Assembly (NCBI GenBank): GCA_963823035.1 | Contig: CAWGKG010000020.1 | Coordinates: 64,001 to 128,000 of the forward strand | Source of the DNA: an uncultured Gemmatimonadales bacterium | Lineage (GTDB): Bacteria; Gemmatimonadota; Gemmatimonadetes; Longimicrobiales; Gaopeijiaceae | DNA: 64,000 bases | Direction: 5' to 3' | Translations under genes and position numbers: made by a program | Shown: piece after piece, positions 9,406 through 20,255 of the stretch | Layout: the number at the start of each line of letters is the position of its first letter | Position numbering within the stretch: position 1 is the stretch's first letter | Notes under the pieces: model-generated | What the model saw: the letters and a program-made list of their open reading frames with translations, nothing else | The model's database searches: none | What the model was told of the DNA's origin: nothing

Positions 9406-12400
9406 CGACGCTGCGGAGGCCCGGAGCCTCCCTGGCCGCCCGCCGCCGCCCTGGACGCCTCGGGTGCGGCCACGCCCTCCAACCGCGGGCCCAGCACCTT
9501 CAGCACCTGGGCGGGGAGCGCGCTCGTGAAGTCGTACGAGCCGGCGCTCTCTCCCGGGACGTAGGCCACGACGACGCCGAAGTAGCGGTCCCCGGCGAAG
9601 AAGACGAGCGTGGAGGTCCGGTTGACCACCCGTGACGCGACGAGCGCGCCGCTCCGCCCGAACACGCGGTAGCGGTTGTCCCCTGTGCCGGTCTTGCCCC
9701 CGAGCGTGAGGGGGGTGCCGTCGGGGGTCACGAACGCGCCGCGCGCGCGCCGGGCCGTACCGTTCTCCACAACGTCGATCATCGCGCCGCGCGCGGCGGC
9801 CGCCACGTCCTCGCTGAGGACCCGAACGGGCTCGCCCCGCCGCTTCGTGAAATGGGTTTCGTAGGGGGTGCCCTGCGCGAACCGCAGCGCATGCACCCTC
9901 GCCACCGGGTAGCGGAGCCCGCCGTTCATGATGATTCCGGCCAGCTCGGCCAGAGCGAGCGGTCGGTCCCCCGAGCTCCCGATGGCCGTCCCGAGGGAGG
10001 GCACGATGTTGGCGAACGGATAGCCCACCCGGCGCCAGCGGCGCAGGATCCCCTGGAAAGCCTCGATCTCGAGCATGGTGCGGATGCGCGCGTCCTGCGC
10101 GTCCCTGCTGCGTGTCCGGAAGAGCCAGCCGTAGACCTCGATGCGCGCGTCGCGGCTCTCGGCCAGCACCTCCTCGAGGGTGGTGCCGGGGTGGTGGAGC
10201 ACCCACGACGCCACCCAGAGCTCGAGGGGGTGGATCCGCGCGAGGTAGCCCAGGTCGGAGAGCGTCTGGGCCGTGGGGTCGGTACGCGCGTAGAGGGCGG
10301 CCATCGCCTCGTCGGAGAGGCGGTCGTCGGGCGCGTGGTCGCGGACGAACTCCCCGAAGAGCGTCTCGTCCGCGTCGGGGGCGACGGTGCGGAATGCCCA
10401 CGCCAGCCTCGTGCTACCGAGGCGCCGTTCCTGGACCAGCGCGTCGAACACGTCCGGCCCCGTCTCTCCCTGGTACTTCCGGAAGAACGAACGGACGAAC
10501 GTCGCGCCCTCCTGGTCCGCGAAGCGCGTCAGGTAGTCCTGGCGCAGCGGATCGGCCTGGTTCTCCAGGACGCTCGCCGTACCCGCACGCGCCTTCTCGT
10601 ACGCCACCAGGTCGCGCATCAGGCGAACGAAGGGGAGGTTCACCGACTGGCGAAAGGCCTCGCGAATGGGCAGCACCCGACCGTTGAACTGGGCGTCGAA
10701 GTTCGCGAAGGTCTGCACCCCGCCCCCGGTCACGAAGCGCTCCGCGGGAGAGGCCGAGTAGCCGCGGTCGAGCGCGGCGGAGAGCATCTCGGGAACCGTC
10801 GCGTCCGGGTGGGCCAGCAGGTGGTCCACCGCCCAACGGGTCAGGCGGTCCGACGGCGCCACGTTCAGCGCCGCGAGGGAGTCCGGCGCGAGGGGGGAGA
10901 GCCCCTCGTGAAGCTCCTCCACGATCTCCAGGTAGGTCACCAACGTGCGCAACTTGGCGGTGGAGCCGAGCTCGAGGCGCGACGAGCCCGAGAGGCTGAG
11001 CGGGCCCTCGTAGTTGTCCGTCTGCACGCGGACGGCATTCCCGTCCGCCGTCCGCTCCATGAGCGTGACGGAGTACAGCACCCCCTTCGGGTCACCCACC
11101 TGCAGCAGCCTCGGCTCCGCGAACCCGTGGGTGGCGATGAAGCCCGGAATCGGCGAGCGAGCGCAGCACGCGCGTGGTCGCATCGTGCCACTGCATGTCC
11201 AGGTCGGAATGTGCGACCAGGTCCAGGCGGTCGAGGTCGTAGAGGCCCGGCACGCCCGTCAGCGTGAGGAGCTGCGAGCGCACGAGGTTCTGCGCCTTGC
11301 GCGTCACGAAGGAAGGCGGCGCGCGCTCCGGCGCCCGGTCCAGCGGGCGGACGGAGGGCCGCGCGGCGCGCGCCTCGTCGGCGAGCCAGCGGGGGACGAT
11401 GCGATCGGCCACCAGCAGTCCGAGATAGGCGTCCGTGAGGTCGCCCAGATCGGCGCGCCCGTCGCGACGCGCCAGGTAGTAGCTCGGCCGTCGATGCGCG
11501 AGGAGCAGGCTGAGCACCTGCCGGTAGGTGCGGGCCTTCAGCGCCCGTCCCGCCGAATCGGTGGGCTCGTTGCGCAGCACCTGGTTCACCTGGGCGAGCT
11601 CGACGCCGTACCATGCCCAGAGCCCGTCCGCCGTGCCGATCACCTCGCCGTGTCCCGTCTGGGCGGCCAGGGGGACGGAGTTCAGGTAGTCCGTGACGAT
11701 GCGGCGCCGCTCCTCGAGCGTGTTGGGGCCGCGGCGATAGGCACGCAGGGACGCCGTGAGCATCTGGTGGATCTTGTCGACCGGGGCACGCGTGACGCCG
11801 TCCGGCGAGTGGCGGAACTTCTCGATCTGTGTGGCGAGCGTGCTTCCGCCCGGGACGTTCCGGTCCACGCCGACGACGCGCAGCCCCAGCTCCGCCACGC
11901 TGCGTGCCAGCCGATCCCATTCGACCGCCGGGTTCCGCCGGGGCTGCTCCGGGTCGAGGAAGTCGCGGCTCTCCACGTACAGGAGCGTCTGCCACAGCAG
12001 GCGTGGAATCGAGTCGAACGACGCATAGGCGTGCGCCGGGTACACCTCGCGCAGCACGCGCCGACCCTGGTCGTCCAGCACCTCGAGTCCCGCCGAGGTC
12101 TTGGCTCGGTACACGACGTACGCCCCCATGCGGGTCGACTCGAGGAGCGCCCCGCTGAAGCGCGCCTGGTCCGTGAGGTCGAAGCCGAGGGTGTCCAGGC
12201 GGCGCCGCAGCGCCGGGATGCGGGTGTATCCGAGGCGAACGTCGTAGGGACCGGCGTTGGGGAAGACGATGCTGTCGCTCGCTCCCCGACCCAGGCGGAA
12301 GTCCAGTCCGCGCGCCGCCCGACTGAACACCCACGACTGCAGAGCCGAGCTTCGGGCCTCCGCGATCCCCGCGACGAGCACGACGAGGAGCATCGCCACT

Positions 12401-12474
12401 CCCGCGGCGAGCCAACGCCCGCACCCCCAGCGCCGGTCGGGGGGGGCTTCGTCCTTCCTCTGCCTTCTTTTCAC
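9402..12474 (-). CDS. Large transglycosylase/transpeptidase (class A PBP-like) protein; frameshift near 11140
   Basis: N-terminal TM; glycosyltransferase motif GGSTLATQIEK and YLNSV; transpeptidase motifs STAK, SVN, KTGT. Confidence 0.85.
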
Positions 12475-12651
12475 GCGTCGCCACGGACCACCCTTTCAGC
12501 GCATTTCGTCTTGCCTGGCAGGAAATCTAGCTGGACGGGGCACGCGACGTGGCGTCGCGGAACGATGCTTGCGAGGAGGGTTCACGCCGGACACCGTGAG
12601 CCCCATGTGTCGGTCCGGCACCTACGGAGAGAGGTGGGTCGAGATGACGGC

Positions 12652-13839
12652 ATGGTAGGCATGAGGCGAGACGAGCGGGGCGAGACCCGCTCCAAGGAGC
12701 CACCCGATCGCCCCAGGTCCATCTACGAGATGGTGGTCGAGAGCGTGCGCGACTACGCCATCTTCGCGCTCGACCCTCAGGGCCACGTCACCACCTGGAA
12801 CGTGGGTGCCCGCAGGTTGAAGGGCTACGTCACCGACGAGATCGTCGGCCGGCACTTCTCCGTCTTCTACCCGGCCGAGGACGTCGCGTCGGGCAAGCCC
12901 GCCTATGAGCTTGCGGTCGCGGAGTCGGAGGGGCGCGTCGAGGACGAGGGGTGGCGCGTGCGCAAGGACGGCTCGCGCTTCTGGGCCAACGTCGTGATCA
13001 CGGCCCTGAGGGATGACAGCGGCGCGCTCACCGGGTACGCGAAGGTCACGCGCGACCTCACCGAGCGTCGCGCCGCCGAAGAGCGCGCCCTGTTGGACGC
13101 CCGCCAGCTCGCGGAGGCCGAAGCGGCGAGCCGTGCCAAGAGCGACTTCCTGGCCGCCATGTCGCACGAGCTGCGTACGCCGCTCAACGCGATCGCGGGC
13201 TACGTCGATGTGCTGTCGCTCGGGATTCGTGGCCCGCTGACTTCGGAGCAGGCAGACGACCTCGAGCGCATCCGGCACAGCCAGCGGCACCTCCTGGCGA
13301 TCGTCAACGATCTCATCAACTTCAGTCGCATCGAGGCGGGACGGATCGCCTACCACGTCCGGCCGCTGGACACCGGGGAGGTGCTGGACACGGTTCGGGC
13401 GATGCTGGAGCCACGGGCCACCACCAAGGGGATCGAGGTGGAGTGGCCCTCGTCGGAGGCCCTGGACGCGCATGCGATCCTGGCGGACCCGCCCAAGGTC
13501 GAGCAGATCCTGGTCAACGTCATCGGCAACGCCGTGAAGTTCACCGGCCATGGCGGGCGCATCCGCGTCACCTGCTCCGGGGACGACGCGGGCGTCCGCA
13601 TCGAGGTGGTCGACAGCGGGATCGGCATCCCCGGCGAGCGGCTCGAGAGGATCTTCGAGCCGTTCGTCCAGGTGGGTCGTTCGCTCTCCTCCCCCCGGGA
13701 GGGCTCCGGCCTGGGGCTCGCCATCAGCAGGGACCTCACGCACGCGATGGGTGGGAGCCTCACGGTTCGTAGCGAGATCGGCCACGGATCCACCTTCACC
13801 CTGGTGCTTCCCGCCGTGCCGCCCTCCCCGGCCGGGTAG
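12652..13839 (+). CDS. PAS-domain sensor histidine kinase
   Basis: PAS (DYAIFALD...WNVGA...RKDGSRFWA), H-box MSHELRTPL, N-box NAVKFT, DSGIGI, GSGLGL. Confidence 0.93.
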   Translation: MVGMRRDERGETRSKEPPDRPRSIYEMVVESVRDYAIFALDPQGHVTTWNVGARRLKGYVTDEIVGRHFSVFYPAEDVASGKPAYELAVAESEGRVEDEGWRVRKDGSRFWANVVITALRDDSGALTGYAKVTRDLTERRAAEERALLDARQLAEAEAASRAKSDFLAAMSHELRTPLNAIAGYVDVLSLGIRGPLTSEQADDLERIRHSQRHLLAIVNDLINFSRIEAGRIAYHVRPLDTGEVLDTVRAMLEPRATTKGIEVEWPSSEALDAHAILADPPKVEQILVNVIGNAVKFTGHGGRIRVTCSGDDAGVRIEVVDSGIGIPGERLERIFEPFVQVGRSLSSPREGSGLGLAISRDLTHAMGGSLTVRSEIGHGSTFTLVLPAVPPSPAG

Positions 13840-13887
13840 CGGCAGCCGCCACGTCCTGCAGCCCGACCCCATCACCTCGAGGCCACT

Positions 13888-14784
13888 TTGAGCGTATCGG
13901 ATTCCCCTTCGACCCTCGTCATCGTCAACCCGGGAGCCGGCGGCGTGGCGAGCGGCGCGACGCTGGCGCAGACCCTCGATCCACTGCGCCCTGCCCACGT
14001 GGTCGAAGCCACCGGACCGGGGCACGCCCGCGTCCTCGCGCGCGAGGCGGCACGATCGGGCGCAACGCGCATCGTCGTGGTCGGAGGTGACGGCACCCTG
14101 CACGAGGTGGTGAACGGCCTCGAGGCGTCGCCGTCGTGCGCGCTCGGGATCATCCCCGCGGGCACCGGGAACGATACGGCCCGCTCGCTCGGCATCCCCC
14201 TCGAGCACGATGAAGCCGTGCTCCTGATCGCGAAGGGAGAGGCGCATCCCACCGACCTGATCTCCGTCGAGGTCGATGGGAAGGAGGAGTACGCCATCAA
14301 CGCGGCCTGCGGCGGATTCGGCGGCGAGGTCAACGAGCGGATGACGGACGAGCTCAAGGCGCGTTGGGGACCCCTCGCCTACATCCGCTCGGCGGGCGAC
14401 GCCCTGACCGACATCCCGGTGCACCGGGTCCGGGTGCGTATCGACGGCGGCGAGGAGGAGGAGCTCGTCGTGCTCAGCCTCGTGGTCGCGAATGGGCCTT
14501 TCGCCGCCCGGGGTGTGTGCGTGGCGCCGGGCGCCCGGCCCGACGACGGACGCCTCTCGGTCCACGCCGTGCTTCAGGCGCCGATCGTGGAGTTGCTGGC
14601 GGTCGTTCCCGGCGTGTTGAAGGAAGAGGTGCCGGAGAGCGACCACTACAAGGTGTGGCGTTGCCGCCACATCGACGTCTCGTCGGAAGACACACTGGAC
14701 GTGAGCGTCGACGGCGAGCTCCGCAGCGGGAGGCGGTTCCGCTACGAGGTGGTCCGCGGCGGGCTTCGCGTCTACAGACCGTAG
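13888..14784 (+). CDS. Diacylglycerol/lipid kinase family (YegS/DgkB-like)
   Basis: IVNPGAG, GGDGTLHEVVNG, IPAGTGNDTARSL, VDGE. Confidence 0.9.
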   Translation: MSVSDSPSTLVIVNPGAGGVASGATLAQTLDPLRPAHVVEATGPGHARVLAREAARSGATRIVVVGGDGTLHEVVNGLEASPSCALGIIPAGTGNDTARSLGIPLEHDEAVLLIAKGEAHPTDLISVEVDGKEEYAINAACGGFGGEVNERMTDELKARWGPLAYIRSAGDALTDIPVHRVRVRIDGGEEEELVVLSLVVANGPFAARGVCVAPGARPDDGRLSVHAVLQAPIVELLAVVPGVLKEEVPESDHYKVWRCRHIDVSSEDTLDVSVDGELRSGRRFRYEVVRGGLRVYRP

Positions 14785-14802
14785 TCGGGCGGGCGGTCCA
14801 CC

Positions 14803-15697
14803 CTACGGAGCTTCGCCGAGGCGCTTCTCGAACCAATGCTGGGCGTACGGGTCGTCGTTGAAGGCGGGCACCTCGCGGTACCCCGACGTCCGGTAGAGCC
14901 GGATCGCTTCCGAGAGTGTTCCGTTGGTCTCCAGGCGCACGAGCGCGTACCCGAGCGTGCGCGCTTCGGACTCGAGCGCGGCCAGCAGCCGTCGTCCCAC
15001 ACCCAGACCGCGCGCCGAGCGGTCGACCCACATCCGCTTGATGGAGGCTACGCCGTCGTCGAGTCCCTTGACGGCACCGCCCCCTATCGGCTCCCCCTCG
15101 GCCCGGGCCACGAGGAAGACGCCGCGGGGCGGGACGAGGGCTTCGTCCTCGGCCGGGAAGGCTGGCCGTCGGGTCGAACCCATGCGGGAAGCGCTCGTCC
15201 AGTTCCGCGAAGTAGCTCGCGACGCAATGGCGGGCCGGCGCCGAGGAGGGGTGGACCCGCTCGATGCGCATCCCCGAGAAGCGGAGGAGGCGATGCACCT
15301 CGTCCATCGCCGCCACCAGGCGCTCACGCTGCGTGGGCGTCAGGGGCTCGAGGATCTTCTCCGCCACCCGGTCGGCGCGCCGGTCGGTCTCCGCGACCTC
15401 GTCCTGGCCCGCTTCCGTGAGGCGTGCGTAACGTACGCGCTCGTCGTCCTGGCCGGCCTCCACCTCCACGAGCCCCTTCGCGGCCAGCGCGTGGATCAGG
15501 CGGCTCAGGTAGCCGGAGTCCAACTCGAGGCGGTCGCGCAGGTCACGCAGCTCCGCGCCTTCCGCGCCGACCTCCCAGAGCAGGCGCGACTCGCCGAGCG
15601 GCCGGTCGCGGCCGAGGAAGGAGGCCTCGAGCGCTCCGGCACGTTTCGTGACGACCCGGTTGAAGCGGCGGACCGCCGCGATCTGGTCGGGATACAT
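14803..15697 (-). CDS. MarR-family HTH fused to GNAT acetyltransferase; frameshift near 15165
   Basis: AVRRFNR...LDSGYLSR...DERVRYARLTEAG; C-terminal IKRMWVDRSARGLGVGRRLL...LYRTSGY. Confidence 0.88.
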
Positions 15698-15700
15698 TTG

Positions 15701-15716
15701 TCTGACTTTAGTCAGA
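15701..15716. promoter_or_regulatory. Probable autoregulatory operator of the MarR-GNAT gene
   Basis: Perfect inverted repeat TCTGACT-TT-AGTCAGA 3 bp upstream of the start codon. Confidence 0.65.
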
Positions 15717-15813
15717 GACTCGGCCCCGGGCAAGCACCCGATGCGTCTTCGGCACACGCACGCACGCGGGGTGTTCCACGACGGCACACGCTTCGTTCCG
15801 AGCTCTGCTGGAG

Positions 15814-16425
15814 GTGACCGTGGGAAAGAAGATCCTGATGCTGGTCGGCGACTTCGTGGAGGACTACGAGGTCATGGTCCCGTTCCAGGCGCTCCAGGCC
15901 GTCGGCCACACGGTGCATGCCGTCTGCCCCGGCAAGAAGGCCGGCGACAAGGTGCGCACCGCCATCCACGACTTCGAGGGCGACCAGACCTACAGCGAGA
16001 AGCGCGGCCACGACTTCGCGCTCAACGCGACGTTCGCCGACGTCCGGGCCGAGCAGTACGACGCTCTGGTGATCTCGGGCGGACGCGCCCCCGAGTACCT
16101 GCGCCTCGATGAAACGCTGCTCGATGTCGTGCGCCACTTCTTCGCCCACGACAAGCCGACCGCGTCCATCTGCCACGGCGCCCAGATCCTCACGGCCGCC
16201 GGCGTGGTGAAGGGTCGCAGGGTGTCGGCCTATCCCGCGGTCGGCCCCGAGGTCACGCTCGCGGGTGGCGAGTACGCCGACATCGAGATCACCGGCGCCG
16301 TCACGGACGGCAACCTGGTGACCGCGCCCGCCTGGCCGGCGCATCCGGCGTGGCTCTCGCAGTTCCTCGCGGTGCTCGGCACCACGATCCACACGGACGA
16401 GAAGGCGGCGGCCGCCGGGGCCTGA
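15814..16425 (+). CDS. DJ-1/PfpI family protein
   Basis: [22 protein letters not shown] nucleophile elbow. Confidence 0.92.
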   Translation: MTVGKKILMLVGDFVEDYEVMVPFQALQAVGHTVHAVCPGKKAGDKVRTAIHDFEGDQTYSEKRGHDFALNATFADVRAEQYDALVISGGRAPEYLRLDETLLDVVRHFFAHDKPTASICHGAQILTAAGVVKGRRVSAYPAVGPEVTLAGGEYADIEITGAVTDGNLVTAPAWPAHPAWLSQFLAVLGTTIHTDEKAAAAGA

Positions 16426-16554
16426 GCCGTGCCGGGCGCTTGGAGCGCCGGTCGTGTCCGGCGGAGCGCGCGCGGCGCCAACACCGACCTCGCTCCGGAT
16501 GTCTGTACGGTGGCGCCCCGGCGCCCGTCAGCTTCCTCCTGTCGAGAACGAGCC

Positions 16555-18591
16555 ATGCAACGATACCCCCGTTCGATCGCAGCCCCTCTGGCCGCCGCCG
16601 CCCTCCTCCTCCTCGCCGCGCTCCCCGCCGCTGCCCAGCGGCGATCCCTCGGCGTCGACACCACCGGCTTCGACCGGTCGGTGCGCCCGCAGGACGACTT
16701 CAACCGCTTCGTCAACGGCACCTGGATCGCGCGCACCGACATCCCTTCGGATCGATCCAGCTACGGCTCCTTCGACGCACTCCGCGTCAAGAGCGAGGCG
16801 GCCATCCGCGAGATCGTGGAGGAGGCCGCTGCCGCGCACTCCCGCCCGGGCTCCGAGCTGCAGAAGGTGGGCGACTTCTATGCGTCCTTCATGGACACCG
16901 CCCGCGTCGAGCGGCGCGGGCTCGAGCCCCTGCAGCCCGAGCTCGACCGCATCGACGGCCTCGCCACCATGGACGACCTCCCAGCCCTCCTGGCCCATCT
17001 GCAAAAGGTGGGCGTGGGGGGGCCGATCGGCGTGTTCGTCTCCCAGGACCAGAAGAACTCCGACGCCTACATCGTGTCGGTGAGCCAATCGGGGCTGGGG
17101 CTGCCGGACCGCAGCTACTACCTCGGTGACGATGCCCGACTGGCCAAGGTGCGGGACGACTACGTGACCTATCTCACGCGTCTCTTCACGCTGGCCGACC
17201 GCTCGGATGCTGCCGCGGCGGCCGGCCGCATCCTCGCGCTCGAGACGAGGATCGCCGGGGCGCAGTGGGACCGTGCCAGGAATCGCGACCGCGACGCCAC
17301 CTACAACAAGGTGAGCGTGGCCTCGCTCGACGGGACGATGCCGTCCTTCGCGTGGGCGACGTTCCTCCAGGAGAGCGGGATGGGCGGCGCGGCCGACGTC
17401 GTCGTACGGCAGCCCGACTACCTGGAGAAGCTCGACGCCATTCTCGCGTCGACCCCGGCCTCCACCTGGCGCGACTATCTCACGGCGAGGCTGCTGAGCG
17501 CCTACGCGGACGAGCTACCCTCCGGCTTCGTGGACGCCAGCTTCGAGTTCCGGGGACGCACGCTGTCGGGGCTCCAGGAGCAGCGGCCGCGCTGGAAGCG
17601 CGGCGTGTCCGAGGTCGAGGGTGCCCTTGGGGAGGCCGTGGGCAAGCTCTACGTCGAGCGCAACTTCCGGCCGGAGGCCAAGGCGCGCATGGACGCGCTG
17701 GTGAAGAACCTGCTCGTGGCCTTCCGTGCGGGCATCGACGACCTGGAGTGGATGAGCCCGGCCACCCGTGCGCAGGCGCAGGAGAAGCTCGCGAAGTTCA
17801 CCGTGAAGATCGGCTACCCGGACGAGTGGCGCGACTACTCGGCCCTGGAGGTCAGGCGTGACGATCTGCTCGGCAACGTGATGCGTGCCAACCGCTTCGG
17901 CTACAACGACATGGTCGGCCGCCTCGGCGGTCCGGTGGATCGCACCCGCTGGGGCATGACGCCGCAGACCGTCAACGCCTACTACAACTCCGTCAACAAC
18001 GAGATCGTCTTTCCGGCGGCGATCCTCCAGCCTCCCTTTTTCAACGTGGAGGCCGACGACGCCGTCAACTACGGCGCCATCGGCGCGGTGATCGGGCACG
18101 AGATCAGCCACGGGTTCGACGACCAGGGCCGCAAGTCCGACGGTGACGGAAACCTGCGGGACTGGTGGACCCCGGCCGACGCAGCGGCCTTCGAGGAGCG
18201 CACCACCCGCCTCGGCGCCCAGTACGCGTCGTACGAGCCCCTCCAAGGCATGCACATCAACCCGGGCCTGACGATGGGGGAGAACATCGGGGACCTGAGC
18301 GGTCTCGCGGTCGCGCTCCGCGCCTACCACATGTCGCTCGACGGGAAGGAGCCCCCGGTGATCGACGGCTTCACCGGTGACCAACGCTTCTTCCTCGGCT
18401 GGGCCCAGGTATGGCGCACCAAGATGCGGGACGAGGCGCTCCGGCAGCAGCTCCTCACGAACCCGCACTCGCCGGGTGACTACCGCGCGTTCGTGCCGCT
18501 CCGTGACCTGGACGCCTTCTATCGTGCGTTCGACGTCAAGCCCGGTGACGGGATGTACCTCCCGCCCGAGGAGCGCGTGAAGATCTGGTGA
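16555..18591 (+). CDS. M13 (neprilysin/PepO-like) metalloendopeptidase, secreted
   Basis: Signal peptide; VNAYY, HEISH, GENIGD motifs. Confidence 0.95.
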   Translation: MQRYPRSIAAPLAAAALLLLAALPAAAQRRSLGVDTTGFDRSVRPQDDFNRFVNGTWIARTDIPSDRSSYGSFDALRVKSEAAIREIVEEAAAAHSRPGSELQKVGDFYASFMDTARVERRGLEPLQPELDRIDGLATMDDLPALLAHLQKVGVGGPIGVFVSQDQKNSDAYIVSVSQSGLGLPDRSYYLGDDARLAKVRDDYVTYLTRLFTLADRSDAAAAAGRILALETRIAGAQWDRARNRDRDATYNKVSVASLDGTMPSFAWATFLQESGMGGAADVVVRQPDYLEKLDAILASTPASTWRDYLTARLLSAYADELPSGFVDASFEFRGRTLSGLQEQRPRWKRGVSEVEGALGEAVGKLYVERNFRPEAKARMDALVKNLLVAFRAGIDDLEWMSPATRAQAQEKLAKFTVKIGYPDEWRDYSALEVRRDDLLGNVMRANRFGYNDMVGRLGGPVDRTRWGMTPQTVNAYYNSVNNEIVFPAAILQPPFFNVEADDAVNYGAIGAVIGHEISHGFDDQGRKSDGDGNLRDWWTPADAAAFEERTTRLGAQYASYEPLQGMHINPGLTMGENIGDLSGLAVALRAYHMSLDGKEPPVIDGFTGDQRFFLGWAQVWRTKMRDEALRQQLLTNPHSPGDYRAFVPLRDLDAFYRAFDVKPGDGMYLPPEERVKIW

Positions 18592-18594
18592 AAG

Positions 18595-18629
18595 CCGGGG
18601 GCGGCGCGTCCGCCCCCTGGTAATTTATT
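18595..18629 (+). terminator. Probable intrinsic terminator after the M13 gene
   Basis: Stem gggggcgg/ccgccccc followed by the AT tract taatttatt. Confidence 0.6.
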
Positions 18630-18747
18630 CAGACGTAGATATATTCATATGTATTAGATTCCCGTCGGACCCTCCCGGCCTTCCAAGGCCGACCGCCACG
18701 CCTCGGGACGGACGGCCCCCACGGGCCCGAACGCCCGGACGAACGAT

Positions 18748-19296
18748 ATGACATCGCCGAAGCTGCCCGCCTGGTTCCGGACCCTCGAGGTGGCCCTCTG
18801 GGTCCTCGTGGCCGGGGCTTTCGCTTTTCGCTACCTCCCGGTCGAGGCGCTCGGGCGCCCGACCGAGGAGGGCGCTGCGCCCGACTTCTCCGTGAAGACC
18901 TTCGCGGGCGACAAGGTGCGCCTGCACGACCTGCGCGGGCAGGTCGTGCTCGTGAACTTCTGGGCCACATGGTGCCCGCCCTGCCGCCTCGAGATGCCGG
19001 GCTTCCAGTCCGTATGGGACGACTACGGTGACCGCGGCTTCACCGTGGTCGGGCTCGCCACCGACCTCGGCGGCTCGGGCCAGGTGGCGGCCTTCGTTCG
19101 CGACCACGGCATCACCTATCCGGTGGCCATGGCCACGGACGAGGTCCGGCGGCTGTACGGTGGCGTCGACATGCTCCCGCAGTCCTTCCTCCTCGACAAG
19201 CACGGCCGCGTCCGCAAGACGGTGGCCGGGGTGTTCAGCGAGGGGACGCTGCGCAAGCTCGTGGACGAGCTGCTGGCGGAGGGGGAGACCTCATGA
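18748..19296 (+). CDS. TlpA/ResA-family thiol:disulfide oxidoreductase
   Basis: N-terminal TM, LVNFWATWCPPCRLEMP. Confidence 0.92.
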   Translation: MTSPKLPAWFRTLEVALWVLVAGAFAFRYLPVEALGRPTEEGAAPDFSVKTFAGDKVRLHDLRGQVVLVNFWATWCPPCRLEMPGFQSVWDDYGDRGFTVVGLATDLGGSGQVAAFVRDHGITYPVAMATDEVRRLYGGVDMLPQSFLLDKHGRVRKTVAGVFSEGTLRKLVDELLAEGETS

Positions 19297-19982
19297 CCGT
19301 ACATCCCGTGGTGAGGCTGGGGCTGCCCACGTTCCTCTTCGCGCTCCTGGTCGCGGCGCCCGGGAAGCGATCCGCCGGCATCGGCGCCGAGCCGACCCCG
19401 ATCGCCGGCGCCGCCGAGGAGCCGCCCCCCAACGTCCCGCTCACCGAGCTCTACCACGAACTGGCGGTGGGCGACGAGGCGGGCGGCCCGCACCTGACCG
19501 TGGTCGAGTTCAGCGACTTCGGCTGCCCCTACTGCGGCGTCTTCGAGCGCGAGACGTTCCCCGCCCTGCGCCGGGAGTTCGTGGAGACGGGCCGCGTGCG
19601 CTGGCGCTTCGTGCCCTTCGTGCTCGGGATGTTCCCGAACGGGCTGGAGGCGATGCGTGCGGCGACCTGCGTGGCGGAGCAGGGGGACGAGGCGTTCTGG
19701 AAGATGCACGACATCCTCTTCGAGAAGCAGGACGTGTGGAAGGCCAGCCGCGATCCGGACCAGATCTTCCGCAGCTACGCGGTGGTGTCCGGTGCGGACG
19801 GCGACGCCTTCTCGGTCTGCTTCGACGACGCACGCTCGGCGGATCGGGCCACTGCGGCCAACGCGCTGGCGCGTCAGGGCGGGGTGCGCTCCACGCCGAC
19901 CTTCTTCGTCGGTCGGCAGATGGTGCAGGGCGCGCTGCCCGTGGAGGAATTTCGCAAGGTGCTCGAGGCGGCGCTCAGGTAG
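19293..19982 (+). CDS. DsbA/BdbD-family thioredoxin-fold protein
   Basis: EFSDFGCPYC, GVRSTPTFFV; ATGA overlap with the TlpA gene. Confidence 0.9.
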   Translation: MTVHPVVRLGLPTFLFALLVAAPGKRSAGIGAEPTPIAGAAEEPPPNVPLTELYHELAVGDEAGGPHLTVVEFSDFGCPYCGVFERETFPALRREFVETGRVRWRFVPFVLGMFPNGLEAMRAATCVAEQGDEAFWKMHDILFEKQDVWKASRDPDQIFRSYAVVSGADGDAFSVCFDDARSADRATAANALARQGGVRSTPTFFVGRQMVQGALPVEEFRKVLEAALR

Positions 19983-20255
19983 CCGGGTCGGGCGCGGCTC
20001 GCAGCGACGCCATCCCGCCCCGGAGGCGACCCGCCCCGACTTGGACACCCTCGTCCTCTGCTCCTAGATTCCGATCCATGACGCTCCTACCCGTCGACGC
20101 GCGCCCGAGCCTCTTCGCTCCCCCGAATCCCACGGGGAACTGAAACCCGGCGGCCGACGTCGACCGACATCGGCCCGGAAAGGCCTTCGCGCTTCCGAAT
20201 CGACCGGGTGTTCCCCGCCGCCGCACGCCCGGACGACAACCGTATTGGAGCGCAC

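Noticed and set aside
11014..12651. Long N-terminal extension of the histidine kinase (941-aa ORF)
   Set aside because: It is the antisense shadow of the PBP gene; recognisable sequence starts near 12652.
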